NCBI GenBank assembly: GCA_963981035.1
Contig: CAXCCF010000001.1
Location: 23,006-87,005 of the forward strand
From: an uncultured euryarchaeote
GTDB taxonomy: Archaea > Thermoplasmatota > Poseidoniia > Poseidoniales > Poseidoniaceae
Length of the DNA: 64,000 bases
Direction: 5' to 3'
The notes under the pieces were generated by a model. It saw only the letters and a list, made by a program, of their open reading frames with translations, did not search any database and was not told where the DNA came from. Below, piece after piece: positions 1 to 8,350 of the stretch. The position numbers and the translations under genes were made by a program. Each line of letters begins with the position of its first letter. The stretch's first letter is position 1.

Positions 1-1224
1 TGGAACTTCTATTGTTTGGGTACTGAAATCAATGCCATCTTCCCAAGGAGATTTTTCCAAGATTTCGACTTGTCCTGCATTATCTACGGTGATATCAGGA
101 ATTCCTTGCCATGCTCTTACCCTAACGCCTTTCAATTTTACAGTGATTGGCAAATTATTTTCATCGATCGGTAAATCTTCCCATGCACTCATTCTACAGC
201 GACCCGATGGGTCTGCGATTTGACCGGACCAAAGGTATTTTTCAACACCATCTTTGGTGAAAGTTCTTTTTGCCCATTCAGTTATTTGGACTACTGCATC
301 AACATCTCTTGAACCATCACGTAAATCACTGATGGTCAATACTGTTTGCTTTGAAAGTGTATCTGTATCTGCAAAGTTCTTATCGTGGAATAATTCAACT
401 TTCGTAGTTCTTCCAAAATTCAACTCAGGTGTATCTCTAAAAGTGCGAACTTGAGCCCCATCGATTTTGATCAATGCGCCCACTTCATGACTAAATGGCT
501 CCCAAGATAGGAATCCAATAGTTCCAGATTCATCTGCTAGTCTTCCTCTAACGATATCAATTGAGCCAGAACCATCCTTTTTGTGTATCTGGTCTTCTCT
601 TGAAGAAAGCACTCTGCCGACTACACAAACATATCCATCGCTTGGAAGTGCGGCTATGTCTTGTGGTTCACCAGGCGCTACAACAGTCCTTGTCCCTTCA
701 CGGAGAACAACTACTCTTGATGATTGATTGATATTTAGAGACATTTTGCCATTATATTCATTCACAGAAACTCCTTCAAGCCTAACGATTGAACCCGGTG
801 CAAGATTTGGACTTGGAGCCCAATCTTTGTATTCCCAACGATTTTTGTTGCCATTTTCAGCCCAAGGATTGTCCTCAAGTAAGCCAAAGGCAATCTGCTT
901 CTGTTCACCGCGAATCGTTTGTTCACGCAGATTGTGTGAAATGATTTCAACTTCAATTTCAATTTCCTTATCATCAGACTTCAGTTCACTCAAAAGTTCA
1001 ACCTTCTTTGTTGCTCTTGGAGTGGATGATGAACTACTTGCCCTGCTACTTGGAACTGACTTCGTACTGTTCAAACTTCTAATAATGGACCTCATTGAGT
1101 CTTGAGGAGGTATTTTGAAATCTTCTTGGTACTTCAAGAATTGTGCAGCGATTGTTTCTGAATCTGCATCTGGACATTCTTTTTGTACTGCAACGATATA
1201 CGAATCAAACTGTCCATCCGACAT
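1..1224 (-). CDS. rpa: Replication protein A-like multi-OB-fold ssDNA-binding protein (3' end runs off the window)
   Basis: Absent from the ORF track because no stop falls in the window. Manual translation from ATG 1224 (SD GAGGTG at 1231-1236) gives MSDGQFDSYIVAVQKECPDAD..., then repeated OB-type segments (GRVLSSREDQIHKKDGSGSIDIVRGRLADESGTIGFLSWE; VVQITEWAKRTFTKDGVEKYLWSGQIADPSGRCRMSAWE). Confidence 0.8.
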   Translation of the reverse strand, partial: MSDGQFDSYIVAVQKECPDADSETIAAQFLKYQEDFKIPPQDSMRSIIRSLNSTKSVPSSRASSSSSTPRATKKVELLSELKSDDKEIEIEVEIISHNLREQTIRGEQKQIAFGLLEDNPWAENGNKNRWEYKDWAPSPNLAPGSIVRLEGVSVNEYNGKMSLNINQSSRVVVLREGTRTVVAPGEPQDIAALPSDGYVCVVGRVLSSREDQIHKKDGSGSIDIVRGRLADESGTIGFLSWEPFSHEVGALIKIDGAQVRTFRDTPELNFGRTTKVELFHDKNFADTDTLSKQTVLTISDLRDGSRDVDAVVQITEWAKRTFTKDGVEKYLWSGQIADPSGRCRMSAWEDLPIDENNLPITVKLKGVRVRAWQGIPDITVDNAGQVEILEKSPWEDGIDFSTQTIEVP

Positions 1225-1257
1225 ATTCGACACCTCTATCATTTTCGTTCATAAGTG

Positions 1258-1276
1258 TCCTATTCGCTGAATAGGA
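1258..1276. promoter_or_regulatory. Perfect 8-bp inverted repeat upstream of rpa (operator or hairpin candidate)
   Basis: TCCTATTC-GCT-GAATAGGA in the pmbA-rpa intergenic region, about 35 bp upstream of the rpa start. Confidence 0.4.
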
Positions 1277-1437
1277 TGCGGGCTTTCGTGCGATTTGGTT
1301 GAGACTTAACACTCCCTTGACCTCCATGGAACTAAACAAAAATGACTACGGCTAATAAACAATTTCACGACCCAGATATGAAAAATGAAAGTAAACTAAG
1401 CATTATTGATATTATTCAAATGTTAGTTTTTCAATTG

Positions 1438-2841
1438 TCAAGCTGGATTCACTCTAAATCCATTCATTATCAATACATCCGGTATGTGCATCCCACCGGT
1501 TGAATATGAGTCTTGAATGATTGGCCGATCGCCTAAAATTACATCGCTTGCAAGAGCCTTCGCAATGTTACCGGAAAGGCCTGCTTGCTTAATCGGTCCA
1601 GCAATTTGGCCATCTTCCACCTTCAAGATTGTACTAGTCGTTACCGAAAAATCACCACTTGTAGGATTGGCTGTATGCGCACCCATTACACTGTGAACAA
1701 TATATCCGTCTTCCATATGAGAAATCAAATCATCTCGATTTTTTCCTCCCTTGCTGGATTTTAGAATCATATCAGAACATCCAGTATATGGTGGCGATTG
1801 ATGACTTCCTCTAACTGCAGATCCTGTTGATTGAGCAAATTCAATTCGCCCTTCATCCATCATTTGTGCAGAATCTCTAGTCGACCACATTGAACCAACC
1901 AGTCTGCCATTGTCTACCAATACCTGAGTGCGACTAGGAACGCCTTCCCCATCCCGGCTAGCACTACCCATTCCACCTTCCATCAATCCATCATCGATTA
2001 AAGTCAAATCATTGGCAAGGACCATTTGCCCTTCATTGCCTGACCAAAAAGACTCCTTTCTTGCTAATCTTTGACCCTTGACTGCTGCTGGAACACAAAC
2101 TGAAAACAGAGGAGAAAAGCCTTCACTGGTCATTAATACTGGACAATCTACTGCTTGTGAATCAACCTCTATTGGTCCCCTAGTACACTGAGCCCAATGA
2201 ACTGAAGTTTCAATACAATCTGGCACTGATTTCAGTAATTTACGACTAGAGCTACTTTCCCAAGCACTCGTCAATTCATCGTTTTCATCTATGCTAACTT
2301 GGACACCTGCACCATGAGATGTCGTAATCCCGCTGGACATAATTCCTTGACTGGTTACGATGGCTGCTGCTGTTGCTGAAACGCCAACGCCACCACCTGT
2401 TACCACTGCTCTTGAATCTAATGAAGCAACTTCATTCAATATCGCATCTGCTTGTTGTAGTAAATCTTCTGGGCCGACATCGAGAATTCTCTTGTCACAA
2501 CGTCCCAACACATCAGTTGATTTTTGATTCTCCGGTAGGCAAAAACCCTCTACTGCAGGCGAAATTTTCGCAATTGAAATCGCCTGTGAAACAGCATGCT
2601 CAGCACCGGAAACATCGACTAAATGAGCATAACCGAACCTTCCTCCATCTAGAACTCGTACTCCATAACCACCATCGCCACCGCCTGCTGCAAGTTTTAT
2701 CTTACCCGCTTCAATATCCAATTCATGGCCATATGATTGGAATGCGACGACCTCCCATTCATTGATTCCTTTTGATTGACATATTTGGCCAATTGATTGT
2801 GCACCTTCTACGATACGTGTAATTGCGTCATCCGGTAACAT
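1438..2841 (-). CDS. pmbA: TldD/PmbA family protein, non-catalytic PmbA/TldE-like subunit
   Basis: 467 aa with G.GVRVLDGGRFGYA, L.LIDDGL...SRDGEG and ANPTSGDFS. No HExxH. Directly abuts tldD. Confidence 0.85.
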   Translation of the reverse strand: MLPDDAITRIVEGAQSIGQICQSKGINEWEVVAFQSYGHELDIEAGKIKLAAGGGDGGYGVRVLDGGRFGYAHLVDVSGAEHAVSQAISIAKISPAVEGFCLPENQKSTDVLGRCDKRILDVGPEDLLQQADAILNEVASLDSRAVVTGGGVGVSATAAAIVTSQGIMSSGITTSHGAGVQVSIDENDELTSAWESSSSRKLLKSVPDCIETSVHWAQCTRGPIEVDSQAVDCPVLMTSEGFSPLFSVCVPAAVKGQRLARKESFWSGNEGQMVLANDLTLIDDGLMEGGMGSASRDGEGVPSRTQVLVDNGRLVGSMWSTRDSAQMMDEGRIEFAQSTGSAVRGSHQSPPYTGCSDMILKSSKGGKNRDDLISHMEDGYIVHSVMGAHTANPTSGDFSVTTSTILKVEDGQIAGPIKQAGLSGNIAKALASDVILGDRPIIQDSYSTGGMHIPDVLIMNGFRVNPA

Positions 2842-4338
2842 TTAGCCCACCAATGCCTCGCTAATGCGCATAATTGGGCCGCCATCTCCTACAGGAACTG
2901 TTTGCCCTTTTCCACAGAAACCAGGTGCTGCCAATTTTGCATCCCTAGTCAATCCGTTTACATTTTGTAATATTTCTAAAGTTAATCCGCTGACACTGAC
3001 GTCCTTTAGAGGCGTGGTGAGTTCACCATTTTCTATTAGCCATGCCTCCTGAGCAGCGAATTGGAATGAACCCTTACCGGTATCAACTTGACCACCACGG
3101 GAACCACAGGCGTATATTCCATAATCGATATCTTCCAGCAAGTCATCCATATTGTTGTGAGTTCCGCCCATTATCATCGTATTTGACATTCTTACCAGTG
3201 GATGATGTAGTCCATCTTGGGCTCTTGCTCCACCGTTTGGCTGAATATCAAAATGTGCCGCTGTTTCCCTGTGGTTGAGATATTCAGTAAGAACACCATT
3301 AGTTATCAGTTGCTTGGCTCTTGTGTTTACTCCTTCATCATCTATTGGGTATGCCCCATATCCGCCTCTAATAGTCGGATCATCGACAACAGTAACAATA
3401 TCAGAGCCTATTTTTTGACCTAATTTTCCGTCTAAGCAAGAATCTCCTGCAGCAACTAAATCTGCTTCACAAGGATGACCTAACGCTTCATGAATATACA
3501 CTCCAGTTAGATCTCGGTCTGCAATTAATGGCATTTTTCCGGAAGGGGCACGCTTTGCTTTCAGCAATCTAAGTGCCGCAATTCTTGCATCACTACCCAA
3601 TTGACCTAGGTCACAAGATTCTATCAACTCCAGACCACCTTCTCCTCCGTACCTCGTTCTATAGGACACTACTTCGCTTTCATCCCTTGCAGTAACCATA
3701 CCTCTAACCAGCGAACGTTGGAATGACCAAACCCTATCCATTCCCTCACTAGTCAATAGTTCTGTGTGAATATGTTCATCTGACCATCCACATGTGGTTG
3801 AAACAATTTTTTCATCATCACTTGCACTATCTGCAATAGCTTTCAGCATATCGATTTTTGTAGATAAATCTGTATTTCTAATATCCTTATTTGGTCGCCA
3901 ATGAATCTCATCTTGAAAAATTGGAACTTCGGCTAACTCAACGGGCTTGTCGGAACTTGCTCTACGCATTGCAACCGCTTTTGCCAAACGAACGGTTGAT
4001 TCAATCTGCCCAGATAATGAGGAAATATCGGTGGTTGAATGTACCCCCCAAGCACCATCGGCAAGTATTCTAAGAGTGACACCGACTTCCTGTCCTGGAA
4101 TCGCATTCTCTAATTTACCATCTCTAAGATTTACACTTGAACCTGTTTCTGCAACAAGTCTTACTTCAGCATAACTTGCTCCAAAATCAACAGCCTGTTG
4201 CAAAGCATTGCCAATCTTCTGCTGGTCTAAGTATCGACCTGTTGAAAAATCTGAGTTTGATGGACTAGAACTAATCACCATATCGTAATGTAAAGGCCCA
4301 CAGTGCTTGAACTCTCTCATCAACAATTGTGCAATCAA
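2842..4338 (-). CDS. tldD: TldD metalloprotease subunit (start may be the ATG at 4281)
   Basis: YIHEALGHPCEAD zinc motif, DDEGV, VRMSNT, GGQVDTGKGSFQF and C-terminal CGK-GQTVPVGDGGP. Confidence 0.92.
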   Translation of the reverse strand: MIAQLLMREFKHCGPLHYDMVISSSPSNSDFSTGRYLDQQKIGNALQQAVDFGASYAEVRLVAETGSSVNLRDGKLENAIPGQEVGVTLRILADGAWGVHSTTDISSLSGQIESTVRLAKAVAMRRASSDKPVELAEVPIFQDEIHWRPNKDIRNTDLSTKIDMLKAIADSASDDEKIVSTTCGWSDEHIHTELLTSEGMDRVWSFQRSLVRGMVTARDESEVVSYRTRYGGEGGLELIESCDLGQLGSDARIAALRLLKAKRAPSGKMPLIADRDLTGVYIHEALGHPCEADLVAAGDSCLDGKLGQKIGSDIVTVVDDPTIRGGYGAYPIDDEGVNTRAKQLITNGVLTEYLNHRETAAHFDIQPNGGARAQDGLHHPLVRMSNTMIMGGTHNNMDDLLEDIDYGIYACGSRGGQVDTGKGSFQFAAQEAWLIENGELTTPLKDVSVSGLTLEILQNVNGLTRDAKLAAPGFCGKGQTVPVGDGGPIMRISEALVG

Positions 4339-4353
4339 ATATGAAAATTATCA

Positions 4354-4923
4354 TTATGCAGAAAAATCGGCCGCTAAAATATGACCGATCAAAGCCTGTT
4401 CGAGCCTGTCTTGAACGATCCCATCTATGTTCAATCCTAACAATTGAGCCGAATCAGATGAAAATATTGGTTCTTTTGAACTACTTTCTAATCCGAGAGA
4501 ATTTAGTAATTTTTGGCCTTTAGAAGAAAAATCATTGAGATTTTCTTCATCTATTCCTGATGTTTGTTTTGCACCATCATTCACTTCTGCCAATATTGGA
4601 ATTGGCAAATAAAGAATCCATCCCGATGTTGCTCCATCTTGAACTCCAGCCCTCACAAATGCATCACTGATGTGATGAGTTCCAGCAATATATCGCAAGA
4701 ATTCTGCATCTCTACCCCTCGCTAATTGGTTGCCATTTGCAAAATTGCGCTCACAACAATTCCACGCGGTCCAGAGTTGTTGTTGGGATAGAACTGCGTG
4801 ATCTGCTACTAACATCCATCTCTCATCAAACCTATTGTCAAGGAAATTAGCGACCAGTTGTTTTGAGTTGATTGGACTCTCACTTCGCCATGCAATGCAA
4901 GGAAACTTAGGCATTGTCATCAA
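4354..4923 (-). CDS. cgi121: KEOPS complex subunit Cgi121
   Basis: 189 aa with LARGRDAEFLRYIAGTHHISDAFVRAGV, typical of Cgi121. Adjacent to hel308, an arrangement known in other Euryarchaeota. Confidence 0.75.
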   Translation of the reverse strand: MMTMPKFPCIAWRSESPINSKQLVANFLDNRFDERWMLVADHAVLSQQQLWTAWNCCERNFANGNQLARGRDAEFLRYIAGTHHISDAFVRAGVQDGATSGWILYLPIPILAEVNDGAKQTSGIDEENLNDFSSKGQKLLNSLGLESSSKEPIFSSDSAQLLGLNIDGIVQDRLEQALIGHILAADFSA

Positions 4924-4947
4924 TACAAGGCAGAGGCGCTTCTATTT

Positions 4948-7587
4948 TCAATCAACCGGATAATTCTCATCATCTAAGGGAATATCATCATCTCTTAAGT
5001 TATCAAGATCTACATCTTGTCCAGAGATTATTTGTTTTTGTTTCTCTGCGTCGTATTTTTGGGGTTTGATTATTTTTCCTACTTCGTTAAGCAAATTGTC
5101 AACTATTTTTGGACCCCATCCTCGTTTGCTTGATAATGTCTTAATTTCTTTATTGCTCATCGCAGCCAAACTTTTGACCGTTCTGTATCCCATTGAAACA
5201 AGCTCTCTTGCTCTCCTTCTACCGATTGAGCGAATGTTTACCAATTGAAGCAAATCCTCCTTACAACCATGCCTAACCCTTTGCTTGACGGCATCTAGTT
5301 GGGTAGATAACTTTGATATTGATTCCATGTGTTCTTCTGAAAAAACATCATCCGCCATCAAAATTGCTTGCGCCCCTGACATCAACCAACTAATTCCATC
5401 AACCCGATAATTTACATCTCCTGGCGTTACTTCCAATGCTGTTTCAATTTCCCTCAGTGTTTTCTCTTCAATCCACATTTCAAGCATCCATGCTGATTTC
5501 ACATATCCAAGTAATCTTTCTTCATAGGAGGAGTCGTGTAATAATTCATCAACGACGCTGTTGGTTTTTACCCACAATGGGGAGCCTTGAGTCATATCCT
5601 TTGACTTAGCCCATAATGAAGCAAAATCAGGAGTAGCGGTTGCAAGATGCAATAATCCAAAATTACTAACCGGTGCATTACCTCTAACCAATCTACGTAC
5701 TGCCCTTCTAAGTCCATGTCGAAGAATAGAAGCAGAAAGAGGATCAAGATAGAATTGAGTGATTCTTTCACCCATTGGTGTCGCTTCATATTTCATGGCC
5801 AAATTATCACTATTGCTATCTTCTTTCCATCCGCCAACATTTCTCAATGTACTAGCATTAGTAAAGCCAAGTGATACCTTTGTATGAGCAGAACTCCTTT
5901 GTGAGGAGGGGGTCCCAGATTCTCTTTCAATATTCCATTCAACTCCTCCTGTGGAGTCGGCAATTTTCGCCCATGCCGGCATATGTGTTTCTGAAACTGG
6001 AACTTCAACTGATTGCTTCTTAAGACCATGACTCATCGAAAAGTGCTCATCAATTCCAACCCTTCTAATGAATCTCTCATCAATTAACCAATTTAGCATA
6101 TTATCCAATCTCTCTACAAGCACTGCAGAAGACATACAATGGCCTAAGAAAGTAGCCTTAAAGAAATCAATAATTGATGAGCGGTGTTGCATTCCACCGG
6201 TTGTAATTAAAGATAGTAAATGCATCCTCATCGCCGGCTCACTGGCTAATTTTGAAGTGATATCTTCTATCGGTCCAAAGAAATATTTGTCGCTAACTTC
6301 ATCTGCAATTTCCCATCCATCTGTTCCTTTACATAGAATCCATGCCTCGCCAAAATCGTCATACTTTGGCCTTCCAGCACGACCTAGCATTTGCCTTATT
6401 TCCATTACTGGAAGTGGCCGGCTCATACCATCATCCCAACGTTTGATATCTCTAACCAGAACCCTTCTCGCAGGTAGATTAACTCCTGCTGCAAGAGTGG
6501 GAGTAGCAGTTAATGCAACCAACAACCCTTGCTTGAATGCTGCTTCAATCTCTTTTCTTTGTGAATGTGTTAAACCTGCATGATGAAATGCCACGCCACC
6601 GGATATTGCTTCACAAAGTTTTTCACCCATAGATGATTGTGTACTACGTGATAATTTTGTCACCAATTGTTGTAATTTTGATAGACGCTCTGGGTCTTGT
6701 TTTGTTAAGACTTTTTTGACTCTTTTTGCGAGCGATAGTGCTTCTGATTGAGCAGAACGACGAGTTCCAACGAAAACAAGTAACTGTCCATCTTGTGACA
6801 GCGAATCGATTACTATTGCCCCAGCCGGATGCGATTTTGGACCATCGATATCCCTTGGCTGGTTCAATTTTGCAATTCCTTCACCAATAAGTGAAGATTG
6901 AACCATTCTCGGTTCAATATGTAAGTCATGAAAGGTTGAGTATTCTAGGGCTACAGGCCTCCACTCGGATTGGATCAATGTGGCATCTAACCATTGTGCT
7001 AATTCCTTACAATTACCAACAGTGGCCGAGAGTGCTATCAATTGCGATTTTGGCCTCAGATACCTAAGTCTAGTCAAATTAATTTCCAAGGTAGGGCCTC
7101 GTGATGAATCATTCATCAGATGGAATTCATCGGCTATTACAATTGACACATTTGCTACAACATCAGAATTTGAACGCATTATTGAATCCAGTTTTTCAGA
7201 AGTGCATACCAAAATATCACATGAATCAATATTGGAAGCTTCACGTATTGAATCTCCAATTCCAAGACCGACTTTCAAACCGAGGTTTTCTCCGAGTTGT
7301 TTCAAATCTTCATATTTTTCATTAGCAAGCGCTTTGAGAGGAACGATATATACTGCTTTGGAACCAATGTCATCGACTAATAATTTCCTCAATATTCCTA
7401 TGTAAGCAATTAACGACTTGCCGCTTGCAGTTGGAATTGCGAGTAAAGTATTTTTTCCCGAAAGAACTGCGGGCATGGCCTCATACTGTGGAGGATGAAG
7501 TTGTTTTATTCCCCATACATTAGTCAAAAATTTCTTTGCATTATCGGGCAAATCTAAGGACATCACCTCATGATGCTGCGCCGACAT
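4948..7587 (-). CDS. hel308: Hel308 (Ski2-like SF2 DNA helicase)
   Basis: PTASGKS, DEFH, SAT, FHHAGL, TLAAGVNLPAR, QMLGRAGRP, ATPMG..ITQFYLDP and C-terminal HhH region. ATG 7587 preferred over the ORF-track TTG 7614. Confidence 0.95.
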   Translation of the reverse strand: MSAQHHEVMSLDLPDNAKKFLTNVWGIKQLHPPQYEAMPAVLSGKNTLLAIPTASGKSLIAYIGILRKLLVDDIGSKAVYIVPLKALANEKYEDLKQLGENLGLKVGLGIGDSIREASNIDSCDILVCTSEKLDSIMRSNSDVVANVSIVIADEFHLMNDSSRGPTLEINLTRLRYLRPKSQLIALSATVGNCKELAQWLDATLIQSEWRPVALEYSTFHDLHIEPRMVQSSLIGEGIAKLNQPRDIDGPKSHPAGAIVIDSLSQDGQLLVFVGTRRSAQSEALSLAKRVKKVLTKQDPERLSKLQQLVTKLSRSTQSSMGEKLCEAISGGVAFHHAGLTHSQRKEIEAAFKQGLLVALTATPTLAAGVNLPARRVLVRDIKRWDDGMSRPLPVMEIRQMLGRAGRPKYDDFGEAWILCKGTDGWEIADEVSDKYFFGPIEDITSKLASEPAMRMHLLSLITTGGMQHRSSIIDFFKATFLGHCMSSAVLVERLDNMLNWLIDERFIRRVGIDEHFSMSHGLKKQSVEVPVSETHMPAWAKIADSTGGVEWNIERESGTPSSQRSSAHTKVSLGFTNASTLRNVGGWKEDSNSDNLAMKYEATPMGERITQFYLDPLSASILRHGLRRAVRRLVRGNAPVSNFGLLHLATATPDFASLWAKSKDMTQGSPLWVKTNSVVDELLHDSSYEERLLGYVKSAWMLEMWIEEKTLREIETALEVTPGDVNYRVDGISWLMSGAQAILMADDVFSEEHMESISKLSTQLDAVKQRVRHGCKEDLLQLVNIRSIGRRRARELVSMGYRTVKSLAAMSNKEIKTLSSKRGWGPKIVDNLLNEVGKIIKPQKYDAEKQKQIISGQDVDLDNLRDDDIPLDDENYPVD

Positions 7588-7738
7588 AAAGCCACATCCG
7601 CGCCAACAGTCCAAAAGGAGCGCGCCTATCTCTTTTGCAATTCTAATAAGACGGTAATAAAAAAATGTCTAATTATTCTCAAAATAATACCATCGTTATG
7701 CGACATCCCTAATACCCACCTCTAACGGTGCCTACGGC

Positions 7739-8347
7739 ATGAGCGATGATGTTGAGGCAATAGTCGAAGAACGTCTTGCAGTGTTTGAAGACGAACCAGA
7801 CTTGAATGACTGGTTCGAAGTAATGTGTGGTGCAGCGATGGCTGTACTCGGTATTTTTCACTTGGTAAGTCCGGGAAATATTGTTGATCCTGATGTGATG
7901 CGCTGGTTTGCTTCTGCAGTTATTGCCGCAGGTGCAATTTGGGCTGGACACGGATTGAAAGATATGGCTGTTAAAGAAATACGCCGCTCAATCGCAATTC
8001 TTGAAGCCTCACCAGGTGGAGCAGGTGTTGACCATGGATTGATTCGTGATGTTCTTCTTAATCCTGAAGCATACAAAGAATTCCTTGTTGAATCATATAA
8101 CTCTGCATGGGAAGATGGAATCATCACTGAAGAAGAACTAGCGGAATTAAAATCATTCCAACTCGCTCTAGGAATCAGTGACTCTGAAGCAGCAGAAATG
8201 AATGTTAAGGCAGCGATTAAAGCGGCGGCCAAAGATGGAGAGATTACTGAGGAAGAAACCAAATCCATCAAGAAAGCAGCTGATGACTCTGAATTAGATG
8301 ATGCAGATGTCAAGAAAGCAATCGATGAAGCTCTAGAAAAGAATTGA
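7739..8347 (+). CDS. Membrane protein, 2 TM helices plus acidic TerB-like/EF-hand-like C-terminal domain
   Basis: Hydrophobic stretches WFEVMCGAAMAVLGIFHLV and WFASAVIAAGAIWAG. Two DG.ITEEE motifs (WEDGIITEEE, AKDGEITEEE). Confidence 0.55.
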   Translation: MSDDVEAIVEERLAVFEDEPDLNDWFEVMCGAAMAVLGIFHLVSPGNIVDPDVMRWFASAVIAAGAIWAGHGLKDMAVKEIRRSIAILEASPGGAGVDHGLIRDVLLNPEAYKEFLVESYNSAWEDGIITEEELAELKSFQLALGISDSEAAEMNVKAAIKAAAKDGEITEEETKSIKKAADDSELDDADVKKAIDEALEKN

Positions 8348-8350
8348 TTC

